From the IMG/VR virus record IMGVR_UViG_3300000574_000109, positions 1 to 25,384 of that record: 25,384 nt of DNA. The stretch is one strand, 5' to 3'. The notes beneath the pieces were generated by a model. It worked only from the letters and a program-made list of their open reading frames with translations. It was not told the origin of the DNA and ran no database searches. Within the stretch, counting starts at the first letter, position 1; each line of letters begins with the position of its first letter. This stretch comes from a virus (lineage: Duplodnaviria > Caudoviricetes). The translations under genes were made by a program, and so were the position numbers. This document shows positions 1-9,045 of this stretch, piece by piece.

Positions 1-22
1 TCAAATCCCTGCGGCCCGACCA
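1..22 (+). tRNA. 3' end of a tRNA, probably tRNA-Pro (partial); likely att core
   Basis: TCAAAT-CCCTG-CGGCCCG-A-CCA fits T-loop remainder, 5-nt T-stem strand, 7-nt acceptor strand, discriminator A and CCA; G72/A73 are the bacterial tRNA-Pro identity elements. Anticodon is outside the window. Confidence 0.75.
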
Positions 23-1500
23 TCTTTCAAAAACCCCCTTTTGGCCAGGTAGTCAAAAGGGCTTCTCTTTTCCAGGCAAAGACTTGCGTCGTTCAGAGTA
101 CGGTTCCAAGTCACACACTCCAATAGCTCGCGTTTTTCGGCGAACTTGGAACCGCGCCAGAGATCGGCAAGATTCTGGCTGAAATCGAAGACGCTCAGGG
201 CCAGCTCCCCGGCCTCCGGATCGACCTGGCCCACCTCTTCGAGCCTTCGCGCCACGTTTTCCGCCTCTCGCTTCAGCTCCGCCGACTTCGCATTGAAGGC
301 CCCTTCTTCGATGGTTCCAGCCAGGAAGGCGGTGAGGAGCCGGTCCTGCATGCTCGCCAGCTCGGTCTTGCGCTTGGCCAGGGCGGCCCTCTGTTGGGCC
401 TGGAGGCGCGTCTGGTCCCCCATGGCGTGCCCGATACCATCCCGGAACCATTCGGCCATCTCGGGGTCTGGAAGGCGGACCGATTCGAGGTCCCGAACGA
501 TGGCCTCCTCGACCAATTCCTCCGTCCAGCGCACCCTCGGGTGCTCCTTCGGCTTGTAGTTGTTCCCGCAGCCGTAGTACACGTGGACGTTGTGCCCGCC
601 TCCCTTGAGGCACTTGCGCTTCAGTTCCCCGGTGATCCCGTACCCGCAGCATCCGCAACGAAGGACGCAACCCGACAGCATGATCTCCGACTTGCCCGTG
701 CGCCGGTTCCGGCCGTTGAGGATGTCCTGGCACCGGTCGAACAGGACCGGGTCGATGACGATCTTGTATCGCCCGCGGTGGACGGAGCCATTGCGGTGCA
801 GCTCTCCGATGTAGAAGCGGTTGCTGAGGAAGAAGGAAAGCCCGTTGCGGCTGAACTTCGCCCGGCTGCGGCTGTAGACATAGCCGTCCGCCAGGAGCTT
901 GTCCGAGAGCGATTCGATGGTGTAGTGGCCGCTCGCGTAGAGCTCGAAGATCCGCACGAGCGTCTTCGAGTTCTCGGGGTGCGGCACGACCGGCTCGTCC
1001 TTGTCGGCCACGTTGAGGTATCCGAAGGGCGCGTGGCCGGCGGGCCAGCCCTGGCGGATCTTTTCGTCCATGCCCTTCAGGACCTCGGACCGCAGGTTGT
1101 CGGAGTAGTACTGTGCGACGGCGGCCATCACGTTGAAGGAGAGCGCCCCGGCCGCGCCCGGACCGAACTGGTTTTCGACGAAGGCCAGCTTCACGCCGCA
1201 GAGGTCTTCAAGCTCCTGGAGGCGCACGGCGTCCCGCATATTCCGGCAGACGCGGTCGAGCTTGTGGGCAAGGATCGCCTGGATCTTCTCCTTCTTGGCG
1301 TTGGCCTTCACCCACCGGAACATCTCGTTGAAGGCCAGGCGCTCGGCGCCGCGTTTGGCCGACTCCGCGACGACGAACTCGCGCGCGACCGTCCAGCCCT
1401 GCTTCTCAGCCCTCTCGCGGCTGGCCCGGAGCTGCGCGTCGAGCGAATAGCCCTCCCGCTGCTCCCGGGAGGACACCCGTGCCCAGATGACGACTTTCAT
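1..1500 (-). CDS. Large serine recombinase (phage integrase)
   Basis: N-terminal resolvase motif WARVSSREQ with catalytic Ser, KLDRVCRN, recombinase domain (APFGY, NRFYIG), Cys Zn-ribbon (LRCGCCG...YYGC), coiled coil; 499 aa. Confidence 0.95.
   Translation of the reverse strand: MKVVIWARVSSREQREGYSLDAQLRASRERAEKQGWTVAREFVVAESAKRGAERLAFNEMFRWVKANAKKEKIQAILAHKLDRVCRNMRDAVRLQELEDLCGVKLAFVENQFGPGAAGALSFNVMAAVAQYYSDNLRSEVLKGMDEKIRQGWPAGHAPFGYLNVADKDEPVVPHPENSKTLVRIFELYASGHYTIESLSDKLLADGYVYSRSRAKFSRNGLSFFLSNRFYIGELHRNGSVHRGRYKIVIDPVLFDRCQDILNGRNRRTGKSEIMLSGCVLRCGCCGYGITGELKRKCLKGGGHNVHVYYGCGNNYKPKEHPRVRWTEELVEEAIVRDLESVRLPDPEMAEWFRDGIGHAMGDQTRLQAQQRAALAKRKTELASMQDRLLTAFLAGTIEEGAFNAKSAELKREAENVARRLEEVGQVDPEAGELALSVFDFSQNLADLWRGSKFAEKRELLECVTWNRTLNDASLCLEKRSPFDYLAKRGFLKDGRAAGI
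36..71 (+). terminator. Putative intrinsic terminator downstream of the tRNA end
   Basis: CCCTTTTGGC (36-45) pairs with GTCAAAAGGG (52-61) with one G-U, 6-nt loop, followed by CTTCTCTTTT. Confidence 0.55.
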
Positions 1501-1736
1501 GGCTTCATCATCTCCCGTTTGATCTTGAGCAGGACCTCGGCCGCGCGCTTGAAGTTCATCAGGATCTCGACGGCCTCCCTGTCGTCCACCTCCCGACCAT
1601 AGGCTTTGCTCCAGACCCGCTTCGTCTTGGCCAGGAACTCGTCCGGGATCCAGGCCATAGACAACGGCCGCTCAGGCCGGTCCTGCTCTACCGGATCAGC
1701 CGGTAGGATGCCACTCGATTCTCGCTCGTCCGCCAT
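1497..1736 (-). CDS. Small hypothetical protein coupled to integrase (possible directionality factor)
   Basis: 79 aa helical ORF whose TGA overlaps the integrase ATG (ATGA); start uncertain (may be the internal MAWIP Met). Confidence 0.7.
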   Translation of the reverse strand: MADERESSGILPADPVEQDRPERPLSMAWIPDEFLAKTKRVWSKAYGREVDDREAVEILMNFKRAAEVLLKIKREMMKP

Positions 1737-1775
1737 AGCGGCAGAGGGCCGCCGAAATTAGGACATTCGCGCCCT

Positions 1776-2276
1776 TTAGGCCGCGAGATAGGCGTCGAGA
1801 CCCAGCTCCTCGAAGTGCTCGCGGATGCGCCGGACTAGCCGGTCCACTTTGTGCCAGCCGCAATCCAGGCGCCGGGCGATCTCCTCCTTCGAGCAGCCCT
1901 CGCCGAGGGCCCGGCAGACAGCACGCTCGGGTTCGGAGAGCGAGGCGACGGCCGCCTGAATATCGAGGCCGCGGGCCTGGTCAGGGCAGGCGCTCTCGGG
2001 GAGAGGCTCCTCTTTCAGCCGCTCCAGTCGGGCGCGATAGCGGGCCGTCGTGCGGCACATCTTCTTCAGTTGGTTGTCGATAAGCGCCTGGAGGACGGTG
2101 CTTTCCTTCGCACCGTTGGACTTCGCGGCGTCGAAGCGGAACGCCACCACGTCCAGGATCATCCCCTGCTGCGCGTCGTTGATCTCGTCGCGGCGGAATC
2201 CCATGCGCCGCGCCCGCGCCACGATCAGCTCCACCTTCCAAGCATCCACAACCCCGTCGTAGCCGCACCTGTCCAT
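1776..2276 (-). CDS. ECF/sigma-70-like factor (region 2 and region 4 HTH)
   Basis: 166 aa; DEINDAQQ..IL region-2-like helix; LSEPERAVCRALGEGCSKEEIARRLDCG region-4 HTH; GGAGG RBS upstream. Confidence 0.8.
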   Translation of the reverse strand: MDRCGYDGVVDAWKVELIVARARRMGFRRDEINDAQQGMILDVVAFRFDAAKSNGAKESTVLQALIDNQLKKMCRTTARYRARLERLKEEPLPESACPDQARGLDIQAAVASLSEPERAVCRALGEGCSKEEIARRLDCGWHKVDRLVRRIREHFEELGLDAYLAA

Positions 2277-2403
2277 ATCGGGCCTCCGTTTCTGAAATGG
2301 CGAGTCGAGACAACCTCGACTTCACGAGGGCCCATGGTCCGCACGAAGCGCGCGTGGGTATGTGGCGGTAAAGGTGATGAAGTGAGCGGCAACCTCCCGA
2401 TCA

Positions 2404-2453
2404 ACGTGAGTGAAATGACGCCTACGTGAGTGCCAACGTGAGTTGCCTCACTC
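2404..2453. promoter_or_regulatory. Operator-like repeats in the divergent control region
   Basis: ACGTGAGT at 2404-2411, 2424-2431 and 2436-2443, plus an inverted CTCAC at 2447-2451. Confidence 0.55.
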
Positions 2454-2531
2454 CGACGAACAAACAGCCCGGCCGGGTAACAACCGGTGCGAGCGCAGCC
2501 CATCACGAGCCGCGACGCACTGGAGGAAGAC

Positions 2532-2822
2532 ATGGCCCGAGCGAGAAAGACCGACCCCCGCACGTCGCATGAAGCAGCGAGAGAGGCGGAAGCGAGCGGG
2601 CGCGCTGCGACGCACCGCGAGATCTGCTTCAAGGAAGTGATCCAGAACCCTGGCTGTACGGCGGCCGAGATCGCTGCCGCGACGGGGCTGGAGCGCCACG
2701 TCCCTTCCAGGCGCCTTCCGGAGCTCCGCGACGCGGGACTCGTCCGTAATGCCGAGATCCGCCTCTGCCGCGTCACCGGCCGCAACAGCATGACCTGGTA
2801 CTTCCGGGAGGAGGCGTCATGA
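2532..2822 (+). CDS. Winged helix-turn-helix DNA-binding protein
   Basis: GGAGG RBS before ATG 2532; ARKTDPRTSHEAA N-terminus; PGCTAAEIAAATGL...SRRLPELRDAGLV wHTH pattern. Confidence 0.8.
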   Translation: MARARKTDPRTSHEAAREAEASGRAATHREICFKEVIQNPGCTAAEIAAATGLERHVPSRRLPELRDAGLVRNAEIRLCRVTGRNSMTWYFREEAS

Positions 2823-3625
2823 TCGCCTCGGCCCAGGACGACTTCCTCCAGCGCGAGCCCGAGGCCCTTTACCGCGCCCAGGCCCAGGACTTCCTCACGA
2901 GCCACCAGCTCGCCGACTTCCGTAAGTGCCCGGCGCTCCACCGAAAGAAGAAGCTCGGGCTCGTCGAGGATGCGGACCGGCCTGCCTACCTCATCGGACG
3001 CGCCGTCCACGCGCTCACCCTCGAAGGTGGGCGGGTCTTCGAGAATCGCTACGCCGTCGGCGGTCCGGTCAACCCGAAGACCGGAAGCCCCTTCGGCGCG
3101 AACACCAAGGCCTGGGCCGAGTGGGCTGAGGCCCAGGGCAAGCCCGTCCTCACCGACGCGCAGTACGACATCGTGACGAAGCTCGCCGGGGCGGTGCAGG
3201 CCCACGACGCGGCGCGGGAGTTGCTCGCCGAAGGCGTCCCCGAGGGGGTCGCTAGGGGGGAGTACTCGGGCGAGGCCTGCCAGGGGCGCCTGGACTGGTT
3301 CAACGCCGAGCACGGCATCGTGGACCTCAAGACCTGCGACGACCTCACCTGGTTCGAGTCCGACGCGCGCCGCTACGGCTACGCCCACCAGATGGCCTTC
3401 TACCGGGCCCTCCTCAAGGCCGTCAGCGGCGAGAGCTTCCCCGTCCACCTCATCGCCGTCGAGAAGTGCGAGCCCTTCCGCTGCGGGGTGTGGCGCATGG
3501 GCGAGGACGTGCTCGCCATCGCCCAGAAGGAGAACGAGGAAGCCATCGCCCGGCTGCGCCGGTGCCGCGAGCAGGACCGCTGGCCCACGCTCTACGAGGA
3601 CATCCGTGTGTTCGATTGGCTCTAA
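2819..3625 (+). CDS. PD-(D/E)XK exonuclease (RecE/ExoVIII C-terminal, DUF3799-like)
   Basis: GRAVHALTLE, GRLDW, IVDLKT, YGYAHQMAFY, AVEK motifs. Confidence 0.88.
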   Translation: MIASAQDDFLQREPEALYRAQAQDFLTSHQLADFRKCPALHRKKKLGLVEDADRPAYLIGRAVHALTLEGGRVFENRYAVGGPVNPKTGSPFGANTKAWAEWAEAQGKPVLTDAQYDIVTKLAGAVQAHDAARELLAEGVPEGVARGEYSGEACQGRLDWFNAEHGIVDLKTCDDLTWFESDARRYGYAHQMAFYRALLKAVSGESFPVHLIAVEKCEPFRCGVWRMGEDVLAIAQKENEEAIARLRRCREQDRWPTLYEDIRVFDWL

Positions 3626-3630
3626 ACCCA

Positions 3631-3706
3631 GCGGCGAGAGGGCGGGATGGCGTGGCCGGGAGCGTATCTCCTGGTCCGGACTCCCTGGGCCCGTCCCTCT
3701 CGTCGC
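3631..3706 (+). ncRNA. Candidate structured intergenic RNA (nested stems)
   Basis: Outer stem 3631-3646 with 3690-3706; inner hairpin 3654-3662 with 3668-3676; non-Watson-Crick positions are G-U. Confidence 0.5.
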
Positions 3707-3732
3707 CCTTTCAGACGAAGGAGGGATCTCCA

Positions 3733-4485
3733 TTGAAGCTTCTTGAACAGGTCCAAAGCGGCCGGAACGCCGCGCCGAGGCGCGTGATGCTCTACGGCAC
3801 GCACGGCATCGGCAAATCGACCTTCGCGGCGAACGCCCCGAAGCCGGTCTTCATCCAGACCGAGGACGGCCTGGGCGAGATCGAGTGCGACAAGTTCCCG
3901 GTCACCGCGACCTTCGACGCGGCCATGAAGGCCCTGTCGGAGCTCTACACCGACAAGCACGCCTACCGGACGGTCGTGGTGGACTCGCTCGACTGGCTGG
4001 AGCGGATCATCTGGGCCGAGGTCTGCAAGAAGCGGAACGTCGAGAGCATCGAGGACATCGGCTACGCCAAGGGCTACGTCTTCGCCCTAACGCAGTGGCG
4101 CGAGTTCCTCGAGGGCCTCTCGGCGCTCCGCAACGACAAGGGCATGGGGGTGGTCTTGATCGCCCATGCCCGCATCGAGCGCTTCGAGAACCCGGAGACG
4201 GAGAGCTACGACCGCTACGTCCCGCGCCTACACAAGCTCGCGGCCTCGGTCGTGCAGGAGTGGTGCGACGAGGTCCTCTTCGCCACCTACAAGGTCTACA
4301 CGAAGCAGACCGACGAGGGCTTCGACCGCAAGCGCACCCAGGCCCTCGGCACCGGCGAGCGGGTGATCCGCACGACGGAGCGCCCCGCGCACCTCGCCAA
4401 GAACCGCCTCAACCTTCCCGACGAACTCCCGCTCGACTGGAACGCCTACGCCCAATTCCTGGCCAAGAACAAAGGGGGAAAGTAA
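3733..4485 (+). CDS. AAA ATPase, Sak4-like/AAA_24 recombination protein
   Basis: TTG start after GAAGGAGG; Walker A GTHGIGKST, Walker B VVVDSLD, LIAH, AKNR. Confidence 0.88.
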   Translation: MKLLEQVQSGRNAAPRRVMLYGTHGIGKSTFAANAPKPVFIQTEDGLGEIECDKFPVTATFDAAMKALSELYTDKHAYRTVVVDSLDWLERIIWAEVCKKRNVESIEDIGYAKGYVFALTQWREFLEGLSALRNDKGMGVVLIAHARIERFENPETESYDRYVPRLHKLAASVVQEWCDEVLFATYKVYTKQTDEGFDRKRTQALGTGERVIRTTERPAHLAKNRLNLPDELPLDWNAYAQFLAKNKGGK

Positions 4486-4487
4486 CC

Positions 4488-4943
4488 ATGCCGAACCTGA
4501 ACGGCTTCAACGCCAACACCGTCGATCCCGCGACCGACTTCGAGCCGATCCCGGCCGGCAAGTACCTCGCCGTCATCACCGGCAGCGAGATGAAGCCCAC
4601 CAAGAGCGGAAAGGGCCAGTACCTGGAGCTGACCTTCCAGGTGATCGATGGGCCGCACAAGAACCGGCTGCTCTGGTCGCGCCTCAACCTCGACAACCCC
4701 AACGAGCTGACCGTGCAGATCGCCCAGGGCGAGCTCTCGGCCATCTGCCGCGCAGTCGGCGTGATGCAGCCCAAGGATTCCGTCGAGCTGCACAACCTCC
4801 CGCTCCAGATCACGGTCAAGTGCAAGAAGCGGGACGACACCGGCGACCTGGTGAACGAGATCAAGGGCTTCGCCAAGAAGGAGGCGGCGAGCGGCGCGCC
4901 CCAGCAGGAGGCGACGAACACGCCTCCCTGGGCGCGGCGATGA
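4488..4943 (+). CDS. DUF669-like single-stranded DNA-binding protein
   Basis: FEPIPAGKY...YLELTFQVIDG...NEIKGF pattern and PPW tail; follows the Sak4-like ATPase. Confidence 0.82.
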   Translation: MPNLNGFNANTVDPATDFEPIPAGKYLAVITGSEMKPTKSGKGQYLELTFQVIDGPHKNRLLWSRLNLDNPNELTVQIAQGELSAICRAVGVMQPKDSVELHNLPLQITVKCKKRDDTGDLVNEIKGFAKKEAASGAPQQEATNTPPWARR

Positions 4944-5284
4944 TCGAGATCGAGCTGCCCTACCCGCCGTCGGTGAACCACTACTACCGGCACGTGGGCC
5001 CGCGGACCCTTATCAGTCGCGAGGGGCGCAGGTTCCGGGAGCGGGTCTGCTCCATCCTCGCGGGGTTGAGCCTGACCAGGTTCGAGGGCCCGATCCAGGT
5101 CGAGATCGAGGTCTACCCGCCGGACGAGAGGCGGCGCGACATCGACAACCTGCAAAAGAGCCTCCTCGACGCCCTGGAACACGGGGGCCTCTACCGCGAC
5201 GACAGCCAGATCGTGAGGCTCGAAATCGAGCGGCGCGGCTCAGTCCCCGGCGGGCGGGCGCTCGTGCGCGTCAGGGCTGCGTGA
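4940..5284 (+). CDS. rusA: RusA-family Holliday junction resolvase
   Basis: LPYPPSVNHYY, RRRDIDNLQKSLLDAL, DDSQI motifs; ATGA overlap. Confidence 0.92.
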   Translation: MIEIELPYPPSVNHYYRHVGPRTLISREGRRFRERVCSILAGLSLTRFEGPIQVEIEVYPPDERRRDIDNLQKSLLDALEHGGLYRDDSQIVRLEIERRGSVPGGRALVRVRAA

Positions 5285-6979
5285 ATGCTGGAGCTGAGGC
5301 CCTACCAACAGGAGGCGGTGGCCGCGATCTACCGCCACCTCCGGGAGCGCGACGACAACCCCTGCGTCGTGATCCCGACCGGCGGCGGCAAAACGCCCGT
5401 CATGGCGACCGTCTGCAAGGACGCCGTCGCCCGCTGGCAGGGGAGGGTGCTCATCCTCGCCCACGTGAAGGAGCTCCTCGAGCAGGCGGTCGAGAAGCTC
5501 GGCCAGGTCGCGCCGGAGCTGGGGCCCCAGGTCGGGATCTATTCAGCGGGCTTGAAGAGCCGGGACACCGAGCACCCGATCATCGTGGCCGGGATTCAGA
5601 GCGTCTACAAGCGCGCCTGCGAGCTCGACCGCTTCGACCTCGTCATCATCGACGAGGCCCACATGATCCCGCCGGACGGGGATGGAATGTACCGGACGTT
5701 CCTGGAGGAGGCTCGCGCGGTCAATCCCCACCTTCGGGTGGTCGGCCTGACCGCGACGCCGTTCCGGATGAAGAGCGGCCACGTCTGCGCCCCCGGGAAC
5801 GTGCTCAACCACGTCTGCTACGAGATCGGCGTCAAGGAGCTGATCGTCCAGGGCTACCTGTGCCCGCTGGTCACCAAGGCCAGCCGGGAGAGGATAGACA
5901 CCTCAGGGCTCCACGTCCGCGCGGGGGAGTTCGTGGCCGGCGAGGCCGAGGACCTGATGGACACGGACGAGCTCGTCCAGGCAGCCTGCCGGGAGATCGT
6001 CGAGCAGACCCGGACCCGTTGGTCGGTGCTCGTGTTCGCCGCGGGCGTGAAGCACGCCCAGCACGTCGCGACGGTCCTCCGTGAGAGGTATGGCGCGGGG
6101 GTGGGGACGGTCTTCGGCGACACCCTGGCCTTCGAGCGCGAGCGCGTCCTTGCCGACTTCAAGGCCGGAAAGCTCCAGTACCTGGTGAACGTCAACGTGC
6201 TCACCACCGGGTTCGACGCACCCATGATCGACTGCGTCGCCATGGTCCGGCCGACGATGTCCCCGGGCCTCTACTACCAAATGGTCGGCCGCGGCTTCCG
6301 GCTCCATCCCGGCAAGGAGAACTGCCTGGTCCTGGACTTCGGGGGGAACGTGCTCCGCCATGGGCCCGTGGACGCGATCCGCATCCACGAGCCCGACGAA
6401 CGCGGGGGCGGAGAGGCGCCCGCAAAGGAGTGCCCCCAGTGCCGGAGCCTGATCGCGGCCGGCTACGCCGTCTGCCCCGACTGCGGCTACGAGTTCCCCC
6501 CGCCGGAATCCCAGAAGCACGACGCGACCGCCTCGACGGAGGGGATCCTCTCCGGCCAGGCGACCACCACCGATCATGCCGTCGAGGAGACCTTCTACAC
6601 GGTGCACCAGAAGCGCGGTGCCCCGGAGGACGCCCCGAAGACGCTCAGGGTCGAATACCGCATCGGCTTGAATCAATACCGCTCCGAGTGGATCTGCTTC
6701 GAGCACACCGGCTGGGCCAGGAAGAAGGCCGAGTCGTGGTGGCGCCTGCGCTCCGACGCCCCTGTGCCAGGGACGGCCGCCGAGGCGGCGGCGCTCGCCA
6801 ACGCGGGAGCGCTCGCACCGACGACGATCATCATCGTTCGCAGCGTCACCGGCGAGGACTTCGACCGCATCGTCGCCTACGAACTCGGCGAGAAGCCTCC
6901 CTGGGACGAAAGGGAAACGTCGGATCCCGCTGTCCCGCAACACGTCGGGGCCCCCGACGATGGCCTTGGCTACCGATGA
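5285..6979 (+). CDS. Superfamily 2 DEAH helicase with C-terminal Zn finger (RadD/YejH-like)
   Basis: LRPYQ, PTGGGKT, DEAH, LTATP, TGFDAP, QMVGRGFR; CPQC...CPDC. Confidence 0.93.
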   Translation: MLELRPYQQEAVAAIYRHLRERDDNPCVVIPTGGGKTPVMATVCKDAVARWQGRVLILAHVKELLEQAVEKLGQVAPELGPQVGIYSAGLKSRDTEHPIIVAGIQSVYKRACELDRFDLVIIDEAHMIPPDGDGMYRTFLEEARAVNPHLRVVGLTATPFRMKSGHVCAPGNVLNHVCYEIGVKELIVQGYLCPLVTKASRERIDTSGLHVRAGEFVAGEAEDLMDTDELVQAACREIVEQTRTRWSVLVFAAGVKHAQHVATVLRERYGAGVGTVFGDTLAFERERVLADFKAGKLQYLVNVNVLTTGFDAPMIDCVAMVRPTMSPGLYYQMVGRGFRLHPGKENCLVLDFGGNVLRHGPVDAIRIHEPDERGGGEAPAKECPQCRSLIAAGYAVCPDCGYEFPPPESQKHDATASTEGILSGQATTTDHAVEETFYTVHQKRGAPEDAPKTLRVEYRIGLNQYRSEWICFEHTGWARKKAESWWRLRSDAPVPGTAAEAAALANAGALAPTTIIIVRSVTGEDFDRIVAYELGEKPPWDERETSDPAVPQHVGAPDDGLGYR

Positions 6980-9045
6980 CCGCCACAAGGGAAGAGCTTC
7001 TCCGCGCCGCCCTGCGATACGCCGAGCTGGGATACCCCGTTTTCCCCTGTGCGCCCGGGAAGAAGACGCCCCTCACGCCGCACGGCTTCAAGGACGCGAC
7101 GACCGAGGCGGCCACCCTCGAAGCCTGGTGGGCCCAGTTCCCGGCCGCGAACATCGGCCTGCCGACGGCCGGGCTCCTCGTGATCGACGTGGACGGCAAG
7201 GACAACCCCTGGCCCACCGACGCGGAGCGGGCCCAGGGCCTCGCTCGCGGCCCGATCTCCCTCACCCCGCGCGGTGGCCGGCACCATCTTTTCCGACAAC
7301 CGGCGGGCAAGACCTGGCAGAACACCGCCGGGAAGCTCGCGCCCCAGGTCGATACCCGAGCCAACGGCGGCTACATCGTCGTCCCGCCCTCGGTGGTGGA
7401 CGGAAGGGCCTACCGCTGGGCCGAGACCTTCGAGCTCGACGCCGGGCCCGGGGAGTTGCCGGAGCCGCCCAGCTGGCTCGTCGAGCGTCTGGATGGGGAC
7501 GGGCCAAAGGGGGAGACGGCGCCGACCGAGGCCAACGCGATCCCAGAAGGCCAGCGCAACGACGCGCTCGCCCGCCTGGCGGGCACGATGCGCCGGGTCG
7601 GGATGAGCCGCCCGGAGATCCTCGCCGCCCTCGCCCAGATCAACGCCGACCGCTGCACGCCGCCGCTACCCCCGAGCGAGGTGGAGAGGATCGCAGCGAG
7701 CATCTGCCGCTACGAGCCGGACCAGGTCGCCGTCGCGGTGGCCGAGAGCCACTGGGCGCAGAACCAGGCTGCGACCAAGGATGAAACGCCGAGGCTCACC
7801 GATCCCGGGCCGCTTCCGGACGATCTCTTCCGCGTCCCGGGCTTCATATCCGAGGTGATGGACTACTGCCTGGCGACCGCTCCCTACCCGAACACGGTGA
7901 TGGCGTTCTCAGGGGCGTTGGCTCTCCAGGCGGTCTTGGCCGGGCGCAAGGTGCGCGACCCCAGCGACAACCGCACGAACGTCTACCTGCTCGGCCTGGC
8001 GCACTCGTCCGCCGGGAAGGACCGGCCACGCAAGATCAACACGGAGATCCTGCATCAGATCGGGCTGTCGCGCCAGGTCGGCGGCCTGTTCGCCTCCGGC
8101 GAGGGCGTGCAGGACGCGCTCTTCGGCGACCCGTGCATGCTCTTCCAGACCGACGAGATCGACCTGATGCTCCAGTCGATCAACAAGGCGAAGGACGCGC
8201 GCCACGAGAACATCATGGGCACGCTCCTCACGATGTACTCGTCGGCGAACTCCGTCTTCCCCATGCGGCGCAAGGCCGGCAAGGAATCCCCAGGGGCCAT
8301 TGACCAACCGTGCCTGGTGGTCTTCGGCACGGCGATCCCGAACCACTACTACCAGGCGCTCTCGGAGCGCATGCTCACCAACGGCTTCTTCGCCCGCATG
8401 ATCATCCTGGACTGCGGCAAGCGCTCGCCGGGCCAGGAGACGAGCATCCAGCCGCTTCCCGCGCGGGTGCTGGAGACGGCGAAGTGGTGGGCCGACTTCC
8501 GCCCCGGCACGGGCAACCTCGAAACCTGGCACCCGGTGCCCCGGGTCATCCCGCACACCGAGGAGGCCAAGGCCGTCCTGGTCGAGACCCGCCTGGAAGC
8601 GGAGGCCGAGTATGCAAAGGCCGAAGGCGCCGGCGATCCGGTCGGCACGACCGTCTGGGGCCGCGTCAGCGAGCACGCCCGCAAGCTCGCGCTCCTCCAC
8701 GCGGTGAGCGAGAACCACGCCCAGCCCCAGATCGGCAAGGCGGCCACCGACTGGGCCCGGCGCTTCGTCATCCATCAGACCCGGCGCATGCTCTTCCAGG
8801 CCCAGGCCTACGTCGCGGACAGCCCCTTCCACGCCGAGTGCCTGAAGTTCCTCCAGAAGCTGCGGGACGCCCCGGACAAGACGCTCCCGCACTGCGTGAT
8901 CCTGAAGCGCATGAAGACGGACGCGAAGACCTTCCTCGTCCTCGTGGCCACGCTCGAACAGCGCGGGGACATCGAGATCCGGACCCAGTCCAGCTCCGGC
9001 CGGCCCGGTCGCTACTACCGGCTCACGGAAGGGGGTGAAGCATGA
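6976..9045 (+). CDS. Bifunctional primase-polymerase with PriCT and C-terminal DUF3987-like P-loop domain
   Basis: GYPVFPC, NIGLPT, VIDVD, TPRGGRHHLF, GGYIVVPPS, IPEGQRND, divergent Walker A AHSSAGKD; ATG 6976 overlaps the helicase stop. Confidence 0.9.
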   Translation: MTATREELLRAALRYAELGYPVFPCAPGKKTPLTPHGFKDATTEAATLEAWWAQFPAANIGLPTAGLLVIDVDGKDNPWPTDAERAQGLARGPISLTPRGGRHHLFRQPAGKTWQNTAGKLAPQVDTRANGGYIVVPPSVVDGRAYRWAETFELDAGPGELPEPPSWLVERLDGDGPKGETAPTEANAIPEGQRNDALARLAGTMRRVGMSRPEILAALAQINADRCTPPLPPSEVERIAASICRYEPDQVAVAVAESHWAQNQAATKDETPRLTDPGPLPDDLFRVPGFISEVMDYCLATAPYPNTVMAFSGALALQAVLAGRKVRDPSDNRTNVYLLGLAHSSAGKDRPRKINTEILHQIGLSRQVGGLFASGEGVQDALFGDPCMLFQTDEIDLMLQSINKAKDARHENIMGTLLTMYSSANSVFPMRRKAGKESPGAIDQPCLVVFGTAIPNHYYQALSERMLTNGFFARMIILDCGKRSPGQETSIQPLPARVLETAKWWADFRPGTGNLETWHPVPRVIPHTEEAKAVLVETRLEAEAEYAKAEGAGDPVGTTVWGRVSEHARKLALLHAVSENHAQPQIGKAATDWARRFVIHQTRRMLFQAQAYVADSPFHAECLKFLQKLRDAPDKTLPHCVILKRMKTDAKTFLVLVATLEQRGDIEIRTQSSSGRPGRYYRLTEGGEA

